A DNA stretch of 56,768 nt from contig CBCOYO010000003.1 of assembly GCA_965114465.1 (NCBI GenBank), positions 677-57,444 on the forward strand, given 5' to 3'. The notes under the pieces are model-generated. The model searched no databases. It was not told where the DNA came from and saw only the letters and a list, made by a program, of their open reading frames with translations. This document shows, one piece after another, positions 9,127 through 17,972 of the stretch. The first letter of the stretch is position 1; every line of letters begins with the position of its first letter. Origin of the DNA: an uncultured Lachnospiraceae bacterium. Its GTDB lineage: Bacteria > Bacillota > Clostridia > Lachnospirales > Lachnospiraceae. Made by a program: the position numbers and the translations under genes.

Positions 9127-9624
9127 CTATTTCAACAACACCACAATATAATTTGAGAAATACAGCAATGTCAGCAGCTTACTCTCTGCAACCTGTTCCT
9201 GAATCCACGTATTTAGATGAAACCAGTCAAAGCTCCCGATTAAGATAAACGCCAGCCATATCACCGCAACCGATTCCACCAATCCAAGCGCTGCACCGGC
9301 AATCTTATCCGCAAGTCTACCGACAGGCAGCGCACGCACCAATTTCAAGGAATCTGTTACTAAGCGGACGATCTGATAAATCATGCGGATTGCCGCAAGC
9401 AGTATTAATGCCATTACCACGCCGCCATAGCTGCCCTGCATAAAATTACCTGCGCCTTTTGCAACGATTACAAGCACAATCACGCCCAAAATACCCGAAA
9501 CAATACGAATAATTCCTTCCAAAAGCCCCCGCTGCCAGCCCCAAAGCGTGCCAACTGCCAATACTGCCACCACTATTACAAATAAAATATTAATCTCCAA
9601 ACTTTTACCTCCAACAAAATGCAT
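9127..9624 (-). CDS. CvpA-family membrane protein
   Basis: GWQRGLL and DKIAGAALGLV motifs, four TM segments. Confidence 0.8.
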   Translation of the reverse strand: MHFVGGKSLEINILFVIVVAVLAVGTLWGWQRGLLEGIIRIVSGILGVIVLVIVAKGAGNFMQGSYGGVVMALILLAAIRMIYQIVRLVTDSLKLVRALPVGRLADKIAGAALGLVESVAVIWLAFILIGSFDWFHLNTWIQEQVAESKLLTLLYFSNYIVVLLK

Positions 9625-9638
9625 TACTTCACCAAAAT

Positions 9639-9825
9639 ACAGCCTATCTCCTAAGACAGCCTATCTCCTAGGACAACCTATCTTTTAATACAGTCTATTT
9701 TTTAATACAGTCTATTTCTAATATTATCTATTCTCTAATGCTGCTCTATTCTCTTAATACTGCTCTATTCTCTTAATGCTGCTCTATTCTCTTAATGCAG
9801 TTCAATTCTCTAATGCAGCTCTATC
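9639..9825. repeat. Degenerate 16-19 bp tandem repeat (about 10 units)
   Basis: ACAGCCTATCTCCTAAG grading into GCTGCTCTATTCTCTTAAT x3. Confidence 0.85.
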
Positions 9826-11051
9826 ACTTGTATTCCGTCCTCCGTCACAATTGTATACTTCGCAATATTTCCCGAAGGAATCAAACAGGATATGTATTCT
9901 CGAAAATCGCCCTCAAATTTCAGTTTTCCCTCCCAATTATATATAATGCACCCACTGTCATCATGGATAACAATTCCAATCGATTCAAATAAAATATCGG
10001 TATATTCCATATCGAAAAAGAGTTCACTAACCTTCTTGGCATTAGTGTCATAGACTTCCATGCGGTATGTCGTATCACCGGAAGAATTAAAGAATACAAG
10101 CCCGATATGACTTTCATCATAAAACACACTCTGTATTTCCTCAGAAATAATGGTTTCTCCTAAACTTTCCGGTTTCTGCCTGCCTCGGAAAAACATAATA
10201 CGGTTATCTGCCACTGCAAAAACCGTGTCATTATCCATAAAATGCACCAACGGAACCACCGCGTCCGAATATCCATATCCGCCAACTAAATTGTCCGTAT
10301 AATTTTGTCCGACTGCGCTGAAATTGTAGAATCCAATACTGGAATACACTTCTCCTTTTTCCGCCTTTATATATGAAACGGCTAACTGTGTACCGTTATC
10401 GGAAATATCCACGGCAATCGGATAGCCGGATTTGCTCATAGTTGTCATAAAATCCACAAGCACTTCCCCCCTTGCGCCGTCGTACAGGCAAATAACGGTA
10501 GAAGGCGCGTTGTCCAATATAACGGCTACAATGCCGTTTGACGATACGCAAAAGTCACGAATCGGCATCGTTGTATCAATATAGCCAATATTTCCCTGTG
10601 TATTTGCCACATAAATACTTCTGCCGTTATAATCACCTACAGCCACCGTTTTTTTCTTCGTTCTAACAATGGGATTCTGCATCTCATATGTCTGATTCCA
10701 AATCACATTACCGCGTGTATCTGTACAGTTCATACCATCTTTACTGTAAGAGAACAGTGTCCCACCAAGATTTAGACACTTGGTGTCGTCTGCACGCACC
10801 CATTCGTGTTCCTGTACTACCTCATAGTCTGTATAAACCATATTTTTCCAGTTAAAATAGGCACATAGCAGGAAAAATCCCACTAGTGCCAATACAGCCA
10901 ACACTGTATATAGTTTTAGCTGGCGATGCCTTGCAAGCATATTGTCGAGTGACTTATTGTCTTTCAGGCTTTCATCTGCTGTTGTCGTTTTTTTATGCCG
11001 ATTGCCTTTTATAAGGAATTGGTTGCGTTTAAAATCCTTTATCTCTGCCAT
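9810..11051 (-). CDS. Membrane-anchored beta-propeller-like protein (DUF5711-like)
   Basis: N-terminal TM followed by repeated beta-rich blades. Confidence 0.65.
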   Translation of the reverse strand: MAEIKDFKRNQFLIKGNRHKKTTTADESLKDNKSLDNMLARHRQLKLYTVLAVLALVGFFLLCAYFNWKNMVYTDYEVVQEHEWVRADDTKCLNLGGTLFSYSKDGMNCTDTRGNVIWNQTYEMQNPIVRTKKKTVAVGDYNGRSIYVANTQGNIGYIDTTMPIRDFCVSSNGIVAVILDNAPSTVICLYDGARGEVLVDFMTTMSKSGYPIAVDISDNGTQLAVSYIKAEKGEVYSSIGFYNFSAVGQNYTDNLVGGYGYSDAVVPLVHFMDNDTVFAVADNRIMFFRGRQKPESLGETIISEEIQSVFYDESHIGLVFFNSSGDTTYRMEVYDTNAKKVSELFFDMEYTDILFESIGIVIHDDSGCIIYNWEGKLKFEGDFREYISCLIPSGNIAKYTIVTEDGIQVIELH

Positions 11052-11099
11052 CCGTATACCTCATTCTCAACCATGAATAACTATAGTATATCATGATTT

Positions 11100-12716
11100 T
11101 TACGGAAGTAAAAGCCTTTGTCCATAAAGAATGTTATTTGGGTCTTCAATTTTATTCCATTCGCAGATTTCATCTACCTTAGAATAGTCACCATAAACCT
11201 GAAAACATATGCTGCGAAGCGTATCACCGCGGCGTACAATATAATACTGTGGTGTGGAAGCAGGGGCTGCGTTTGCAGTTTCAACTCCGTCTTGTCCAGC
11301 CAAATCCGCACTTTGCGCAGTTTCGGCTGAGCCTGCTGCGTCTTGCGAATCGGCTGACGCATTATTATTCTGTACATTTGTTTCGGTACTTTGCTGTGTG
11401 CCGGATGCCTGTCCCAATACTGCCGCATTGTCCTGTGCTTCTACTCCGGCTGGCTGTTGTGCTGCGGGATTATTTTGAACATTTGTTTCCGATTTTGATG
11501 GTAACGTTCCTGTATTGCCATTATTTTGCGGCATTCCGTCTGCGGAACCTGTTATATTATCCGCATTTCCGTTCTGCGCATCTGCGAAATCTGCCATATT
11601 GTCAGCATTTCCGTTCTGCGGCATTCCTTCTGCGGAGCCTGTTATATTATCGATATTTCCGTTCTGCGGCATTCCGTCTACCTTCGCCGTATCTGTGCCT
11701 GCGTTTTCCGCCGCTTGTCCGTTTGCTGTAGCTCCTTCTTTTGGATTCTCTTGTATATTACCTGCTGAATCTGCATTCTGCCCCTCTGCCGCAGTTTGTG
11801 CATGATCTGCATTTTCCCCAGACAAACCGCCTTGACTTGCATTTTCGGCATCGGTTTTCTCAGCCTGTCTGTTTATCTCACCAATCTGCTGTTTTTCCTC
11901 CCCATTTAATGCCGTTGCAATCGCTGTAGCATTTGTTAAAACAGCCTCATTCTGCTTTAAACTCTCTGTTACCAGCGCCAGACAATAATCAATGGTATCC
12001 TGCATACTTTTCATTTTATTGTAATTATTCACGGAAATAATGCCATATGCCATTACGCAGACCACAAAGCCAAGACACAGCGCACTCATTACATTCCAAA
12101 TAAAGCTGACTTTTGCCTCACCGCGGTTATATGCCTGTGCGATCCTGCCATAACGCACCGCCTCATCCGTTTCCGCACGCACCTGCGCACCACGTCGCGG
12201 AGGTCTTGTCTGTGCCTCTGCCTCCTCATAGCTTTCAGACGCTGCCTCCTGTGCATATTCTCCTTCTCCCTGCTGTCTGACTAAATGGGAATTTAAGTTC
12301 CATTCTATCAAATAGTTCTGCATTTCTTCATTTTGGTCGTAATAAATATAAAAGTCGTCCAAAATAACGCTTGTATTTTTCAGCGCGATCTCCAAGCGCA
12401 GCCCTGATTCTTTATTTACACCAACCTTCGCATTCCCCAAAAAAGCACAGCTTGGGAAATATCGAGTGCCTTTATCCTCAGGAAACGGCTGCTGTGCCGC
12501 GCCTGATACCACAAGAATGCTTGAGCCCTCTTCTTCATAGCGTCTGCCAAAAAGAGCAATCTGTGTAGGACTTGGTGCATTTACATAATACGCCGCTGTA
12601 AATTTCTTAATAAAAGTATGCACATAGTCTTCAAGATACAGTATGTATATGCCCTCGGGAGTCCCTATAGTACGTGTGTTTACTGGAATCTGTGATCCAT
12701 TGTTTTGCTTGTCCAT
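11100..12716 (-). CDS. Membrane protein with low-complexity linker and C-terminal LysM domain
   Basis: YIVRRGDTLRSIC...IEDPNNILYGQRLLLP; YLEDYVHTF N-terminus; GMPQNGN repeats. Confidence 0.85.
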   Translation of the reverse strand: MDKQNNGSQIPVNTRTIGTPEGIYILYLEDYVHTFIKKFTAAYYVNAPSPTQIALFGRRYEEEGSSILVVSGAAQQPFPEDKGTRYFPSCAFLGNAKVGVNKESGLRLEIALKNTSVILDDFYIYYDQNEEMQNYLIEWNLNSHLVRQQGEGEYAQEAASESYEEAEAQTRPPRRGAQVRAETDEAVRYGRIAQAYNRGEAKVSFIWNVMSALCLGFVVCVMAYGIISVNNYNKMKSMQDTIDYCLALVTESLKQNEAVLTNATAIATALNGEEKQQIGEINRQAEKTDAENASQGGLSGENADHAQTAAEGQNADSAGNIQENPKEGATANGQAAENAGTDTAKVDGMPQNGNIDNITGSAEGMPQNGNADNMADFADAQNGNADNITGSADGMPQNNGNTGTLPSKSETNVQNNPAAQQPAGVEAQDNAAVLGQASGTQQSTETNVQNNNASADSQDAAGSAETAQSADLAGQDGVETANAAPASTPQYYIVRRGDTLRSICFQVYGDYSKVDEICEWNKIEDPNNILYGQRLLLP

Positions 12717-12868
12717 TTTATCCTACCTTTCTTTGCGCCGTATATTATTATCGCAGTTCCCTAATATCATAGCACACGCAGGATAATAATTTTGTCGAAA
12801 CAATGATGTCAAATCACAAAAAAAATCGAGTGGCATGTTTCCTCTGCATCAGTGTGTACACAAAACAA

Positions 12869-12889
12869 GGCGGTTGTTTCCAAACCGCC
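12869..12889 (-). terminator. Probable intrinsic terminator after galM
   Basis: GGCGGTT/AACCGCC stem followed by T-rich tail on minus strand. Confidence 0.55.
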
Positions 12890-12916
12890 CTGCCAGCTCA
12901 AGCACTGAACTGTTCC

Positions 12917-13960
12917 TTACCAATATAGTTTATACACCGTTGTTGTCTGATAACTTCTATCCGGCCCATAAATAACATTGGGAAAATGTTCCTGATTAAT
13001 GGAATCCGGAAATGCCTGTGTTTCAAGACAAAATCCACTGCGCTTCCCATAAGAAGCACCCTCTTTGCCTGCCACCGGTTTAATACAGCTTCCCGCATAG
13101 AACTGAATCCCTGTCTGGTCTGTATAAACCTCCATGCGTCTGCCTGTTGTCAGTTCCTCCACAACAGCAACTTTCTTTAATGTTCCATTAGCATCATCAA
13201 TTACCCAGTTATGATCATAGCCCTGCCCATATTTTAACTGTTCATTCTCTGCTTCAATATCCTTTCCAATCTCTTTGATTTCACGGAAGTCAAACGGCGT
13301 ATCTGCTACAGACGCCAGTTCTCCGGTAGGAATTAGACGCGGGTAAATCGGCGTATAACGGGAAGCATTTATCTGGAGCTTATGCTGCTCTATATTGCCA
13401 CTATTGTGTCCCGCAAGATTAAAATATGTGTGGTTCGTCATATTTATCAGTGTTTTCTTATCACTGGTAACATTATAATCCAGTTTTAATTCATTTTCAT
13501 CTGTCAGTGTATATGTCACCTGCACTTTTTTATTTCCGGGGAATCCCATTGAGCCATCTTTATCCTCCAAAGAAAAAGTAACATAGTTTTCTCCCGCCTG
13601 CGCATCCCACAATCTCTTGTGATATCCCTGATTTTCGTCGCTGTGTAGATTATTTGTATTGTCGTTTACTGCAAGCTGATACTTTGTACCATCAATCGAA
13701 AAGCTTGCATTGTCAATACGATTCGCACTTGGCCCAATGGTTGCGCCGAAAAAGCTGCCATTGTCAAAATACCCTTCTATCGTATCGTATCCCAGCACAA
13801 TATCATTGACATTTCCATTCTTATCCGGCACCAAAAAACGTACTAAAATTGCACCGAAATTTGTTACTTCCGCACTGACGCCATTACTGTTTTGAATGGT
13901 ATAAAGCGTTGCTTCCTTTCCCTCTGGTGTCTTTCCGAAATTCTTTGTTGTCACTGGCAT
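12917..13960 (-). CDS. galM: Aldose 1-epimerase (galactose mutarotase)
   Basis: GATIGPSANRI, NMTNHTYFNLAG, GYDHNW, GFCLETQ. Confidence 0.95.
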   Translation of the reverse strand: MPVTTKNFGKTPEGKEATLYTIQNSNGVSAEVTNFGAILVRFLVPDKNGNVNDIVLGYDTIEGYFDNGSFFGATIGPSANRIDNASFSIDGTKYQLAVNDNTNNLHSDENQGYHKRLWDAQAGENYVTFSLEDKDGSMGFPGNKKVQVTYTLTDENELKLDYNVTSDKKTLINMTNHTYFNLAGHNSGNIEQHKLQINASRYTPIYPRLIPTGELASVADTPFDFREIKEIGKDIEAENEQLKYGQGYDHNWVIDDANGTLKKVAVVEELTTGRRMEVYTDQTGIQFYAGSCIKPVAGKEGASYGKRSGFCLETQAFPDSINQEHFPNVIYGPDRSYQTTTVYKLYW

Positions 13961-14000
13961 CTTTTTTCCTCGCTTTCTATTTCTGTTTTACTCGAAAGAA

Positions 14001-14597
14001 CTACAGTTCTGTTCTTCCCTCTAATGCACGCAGCAATGTTATTTCATCAATACATTCCAAGTCGCCGCCGACCGGAACGCCGCTGGCAATCCGCGTTACT
14101 TTTACACCAATTGGCTTAATCAGCTTTGATATATACATTGCTGTAGTTTCACCCTCAAGGCTGGAGTTCGTAGCGATAATCACCTCGTCCACTTCTTCCT
14201 CCAAACGCTTCACCAATTCCTTTAGTTTAATATCATTTGGCCCTACGCCGAGCATCGGCGAAATTGCGCCGTGCAGCACATGATAAACACCGTCATATTT
14301 CCCCGTCTTTTCATACGCCGCTAAATCCCTGATATTCTCAACCACCATTATCATTTTATGGTCACGTTTCAGATTTGCACAGATAGGACAGATTTCCTTA
14401 TCCGTCAATGTAAAGCAGGTTTTGCAGTAGTGTACATTTTTTCTTGCTTCCACCATAATATGTGCAAAATGCTCCACATGATCCGGCGGCATATTAATAA
14501 TATGAAGCGCCAGACGCTGCGCCGACTTGCTGCCAATGCCCGGCAATTTGGCAAACTGTTCAATTAATTTATTGATATATCCGCTGTATAATTCCAT
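14001..14597 (-). CDS. recR: Recombination mediator RecR
   Basis: LPGIGSKSAQRLA, C4 Zn finger, Toprim YHVLHGAISP. Confidence 0.98.
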   Translation of the reverse strand: MELYSGYINKLIEQFAKLPGIGSKSAQRLALHIINMPPDHVEHFAHIMVEARKNVHYCKTCFTLTDKEICPICANLKRDHKMIMVVENIRDLAAYEKTGKYDGVYHVLHGAISPMLGVGPNDIKLKELVKRLEEEVDEVIIATNSSLEGETTAMYISKLIKPIGVKVTRIASGVPVGGDLECIDEITLLRALEGRTEL

Positions 14598-14947
14598 TAG
14601 AAGGGTAATCCTCCGCCCAATCCGCCTGTCATTTTGCCGATAAGTTCATTGTTTGCCTCCTCAGCCTGACGCAATGCCTCATTGGTTGCTGCCATAATAA
14701 TATCCTGCAAGGTTTCGATATCGTCCGGATCGACAACTTCCTCGGAAATCGTAATTTTCAGCATTTCTCTTTTTCCGGAAACAACCACTTCTACAGCGCC
14801 GCCGCCTGCCTTTGCAGTAAACTCCTTTGTTTCTAGTTCTTTCTGACCTTCTTCCATCTGGCGCTGCATTTTCTGTGCCTGTTTCATTAAATTACCCATA
14901 TTCCCCGGCATCCCCATGCCGCCCGGAAATCCACCTCTTTTAGCCAT
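14597..14947 (-). CDS. ybaB: YbaB/EbfC nucleoid-associated protein
   Basis: MKQAQKMQ...AGGGAVEV...DPDDIETLQD; dnaX-ybaB-recR synteny. Confidence 0.95.
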   Translation of the reverse strand: MAKRGGFPGGMGMPGNMGNLMKQAQKMQRQMEEGQKELETKEFTAKAGGGAVEVVVSGKREMLKITISEEVVDPDDIETLQDIIMAATNEALRQAEEANNELIGKMTGGLGGGLPF

Positions 14948-14968
14948 TTTTATCTTACCTTTCTAAAA

Positions 14969-15160
14969 TATACTTACGAGCAGAAATTTATTATACTCAC
15001 AAACGATTCGATTTTCCTTTCTGCACAACACATATTGCTCACTTATGCAATATAAGCTGTGCAGAAATTGGAAAATCTTAATGGTTGTTAGTATATATCA
15101 CACAAAATAATTACGCTCGTGAATCGACATAATTGGCAAACTTAAGCATTCGCCATTATA
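14969..15160. mobile_element. Family D element with a family B element (14992-15095) nested inside
   Basis: Removing 14992-15095 restores TATACTTACGAGC...TTACGCTCGTG...GGCAAA...TTCGCCA, like 40774-40864 and 46935-47025. Confidence 0.75.
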
Positions 15161-15162
15161 CA

Positions 15163-16722
15163 TTATTCATCGACATATTCAATATCCATATTGATTACTT
15201 TTGATAAATCCACATAACTGTCCTCAAAGCGCTGTCCATCCACAACACACTCTATTTGTACGGAAACTTCTTTTTGCAGGAAATTGGATATCATATTCTC
15301 CACAATTATTTGGTTATCTGGAATCCGCAGGGAATCGTATGCTAACCCTTCTCCTACAACAATTATTAAACGGTTGTCGCCGCCAAGACTTAACCGTGCA
15401 CTTTTTAAATAAGATCGCATCGGCTGCTCCGCGTTTGCAACAATACTCCGCCAGCTTCCTACAATCCGCCTGATATCGTCCGGAATCGCTTTGAGAAGTT
15501 CCATTTCTGCCTGTGGCGCAGATTCTGTCCGCACCGTCTGCTCCACAGGCGCTGTACTTACAATGCCGTTTTCTAGTTTTTTTTCCAAATCACGCACTCT
15601 TGCCGCCATTGCATCATTTGTAGTTTCCATTGCAGGACGGCAAAGCTTAATTACTGTCATTTCTATTAAAATACGTTTCTGCGCGGCATATTTCATCTGT
15701 CCCGACAACTCGGAGAAAATACGGATATAACGCATAATTTCCTGCGCTTCCAAGGTTTCCGCTTCCTCCTTTAAACGCTGCAAGTTGTCGCTTGACACAT
15801 CAATAACATCCTCCATCTTGCTGTCTGATGTCTTAATCAGCAGAAGATTGCGCAGATACCATATAATATCTGTGACAAATTGTGTTAGTTCACGCCCCTG
15901 CATCACCACTTCCTCAAGCAATGAAATACAGCCTACAATATCTCGTGCTCCAATCAATGCAATAAAACGGCTAAAGACAGCCGTATCGACTGCCCCCAGC
16001 ACATCCAGCACTTTATCGTACGTTAGTTCTTCTCCAAAATGGAATGCAATACACTGATCAAGAAGGCTTAAAGCGTCACGCATTGAGCCATCCGCGGTTT
16101 TCGCAATATATTTCAGTGCCTTTTCCTCCACTTGCACCTGCTCCTGATCCATTAAATCGCGCAGCCTGCCGGCAATTGTTTCAATGGTAATGCGCTTAAA
16201 ATCATAACGCTGGCAGCGAGATAAAATCGTGATTGGTATTTTGTGTACTTCTGTTGTAGCCAATATAAAGATTACATACGACGGTGGTTCTTCCAAGGTT
16301 TTAAGCAACGCGTTAAAAGCCCCTATGGAAAGCATATGCACCTCGTCGATAATATAAACCTTATATTTTCCCTCGACAGGCGAATAAGACACCTCGTCAA
16401 TAATTTCACGAATATTGTCCACTCCATTATTGGAAGCAGCATCAATTTCAATCACATTCACGCTTGCGCCTGCCGCGATCGTCTGACAGCTTCTGCAAAC
16501 CCCGCAAGGATTTCCATCCACAGGATTTTCGCAGTTAACCGTCTTAGCAAACAGCTTAGCAATTGTCGTTTTGCCAGTTCCGCGCGTCCCTGTAAAAAGA
16601 TAAGCATGTCCAATGCGCTCTGCTTTTATCTGATTGCGCAGCGTCATTACGATAGGATCTTGACCTTTCACATCCTCAAATAAATCAGGACGGAATTTTC
16701 GATATAATGCTGTATATGACAT
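15163..16722 (-). CDS. dnaX: DNA polymerase III subunit gamma/tau
   Basis: MSYTALYRKFRP, GTRGTGKTT, EIDAASNNGVD, IIDEVHML, SRCQ. Confidence 0.98.
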   Translation of the reverse strand: MSYTALYRKFRPDLFEDVKGQDPIVMTLRNQIKAERIGHAYLFTGTRGTGKTTIAKLFAKTVNCENPVDGNPCGVCRSCQTIAAGASVNVIEIDAASNNGVDNIREIIDEVSYSPVEGKYKVYIIDEVHMLSIGAFNALLKTLEEPPSYVIFILATTEVHKIPITILSRCQRYDFKRITIETIAGRLRDLMDQEQVQVEEKALKYIAKTADGSMRDALSLLDQCIAFHFGEELTYDKVLDVLGAVDTAVFSRFIALIGARDIVGCISLLEEVVMQGRELTQFVTDIIWYLRNLLLIKTSDSKMEDVIDVSSDNLQRLKEEAETLEAQEIMRYIRIFSELSGQMKYAAQKRILIEMTVIKLCRPAMETTNDAMAARVRDLEKKLENGIVSTAPVEQTVRTESAPQAEMELLKAIPDDIRRIVGSWRSIVANAEQPMRSYLKSARLSLGGDNRLIIVVGEGLAYDSLRIPDNQIIVENMISNFLQKEVSVQIECVVDGQRFEDSYVDLSKVINMDIEYVDE

Positions 16723-16751
16723 ATTGCACCCCAATTACATCGGCCAAATAC

Positions 16752-17825
16752 TTAATCGCCGAAACTAATACCGAGAATTTTTGCCTCCTCAATCATAGAG
16801 GAATGTGGATCTACCGTCTTTAACTTTCCAGCCACATCCTCTAAAGGAACTTTTACTACCTCTCTGTTTACGTATCCTACCATATAACCGTACTTGCCTT
16901 CTAAGATCAGTTTCGCTGCTTCCGCACCCAGACGGCTGGCAAATACTCTGTCATAAGAATCCGGACTGCCGCCGCGCTGTGTATGCCCAGGAACTGTCAC
17001 TCTTACCTCCATACCACTCTTTTTGGTAATCTGATCTGCGATTTCATAGGAAACACTAGGATATTTGTACTCCTGCATATACTTTTTAAACTCTTTTTTC
17101 GAAAGTTTTGCCACATCTTTGGAAATTGCGCCCTCTGCTACAGCTAAAATCGTGAATTTGCTGCCGCGCTTTGTACGTTTTTTAATTGCGTCAATCACCT
17201 TGTCAATATCATATGGAATTTCAGGGATTAAGATAATATCTGCTCCGCCTGCCATTCCTGCGTTTAATGTAAGATAACCTACCTTATGACCCATTACCTC
17301 GACAATAAATACTCTGCCGTGGGAAGCGGCTGTTGTATGAATTTGATCAATACATTGTGTTGCAATATCTACAGCACTCTGGAAGCCAAACGTCATATCC
17401 GTGCCCCATAAGTCATTATCAATCGTCTTAGGGAGTGTTACAACATTTAATCCCTCCTCGCGCAGCAGATTTGCTGTTTTATGTGTACCATTGCCGCCAA
17501 GCACAACAAGACAATTCAAGTTAAGCTTATAATAATTGTGCTTCATTGCCTCCACTTTATCCAGCCCGTTTTCATCCGGATCGCGCATATTCTTAAAAGG
17601 CATACGGGAACTCCCCAAAATAGTACCGCCTTTTGTTAGTATACCGGAAAAATCAGAAAACTCAAGATTTTTATAATTTCCGTAAATTAATCCCTTATAG
17701 CCCTCAAGGAATCCAAAAAGTTCTACATCCTCTTTAGAATTGAGCAGCCCTTTTGCTACTCCGCGCATTGCTGCGTTTAATGCTTGACAGTCACCGCCAC
17801 TAGTCAACATACCAATTCTTATCAT
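16752..17825 (-). CDS. pfkA: 6-phosphofructokinase
   Basis: LTSGGDC, PKTIDND, VEVMGH, GHTQRGG. Confidence 0.95.
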   Translation of the reverse strand: MIRIGMLTSGGDCQALNAAMRGVAKGLLNSKEDVELFGFLEGYKGLIYGNYKNLEFSDFSGILTKGGTILGSSRMPFKNMRDPDENGLDKVEAMKHNYYKLNLNCLVVLGGNGTHKTANLLREEGLNVVTLPKTIDNDLWGTDMTFGFQSAVDIATQCIDQIHTTAASHGRVFIVEVMGHKVGYLTLNAGMAGGADIILIPEIPYDIDKVIDAIKKRTKRGSKFTILAVAEGAISKDVAKLSKKEFKKYMQEYKYPSVSYEIADQITKKSGMEVRVTVPGHTQRGGSPDSYDRVFASRLGAEAAKLILEGKYGYMVGYVNREVVKVPLEDVAGKLKTVDPHSSMIEEAKILGISFGD

Positions 17826-17972
17826 TGGAACCTCCTTCTCGCACCTATTGCTGCGTTTCAAATTTTATCGGTTAATTTTCATTATAACTTATTTTTTGAA
17901 ACGTAACAACTTATTGATGGAAAAAATTGAATATATTTTTACAAATAGTCATTAAAGTATTCTATTGGTACA

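Noticed and set aside
11118-11929. Multiple antisense ORFs over the LysM gene and other long CDSs
   Set aside because: Shadow frames of low-complexity or ordinary coding sequence
15577-15584. A8 run in dnaX as a slippage or frameshift site for gamma
   Set aside because: Shorter than the A9 slippage type, not the A AAA AAG motif, no stimulatory hairpin seen; common in AT-rich Lys codons
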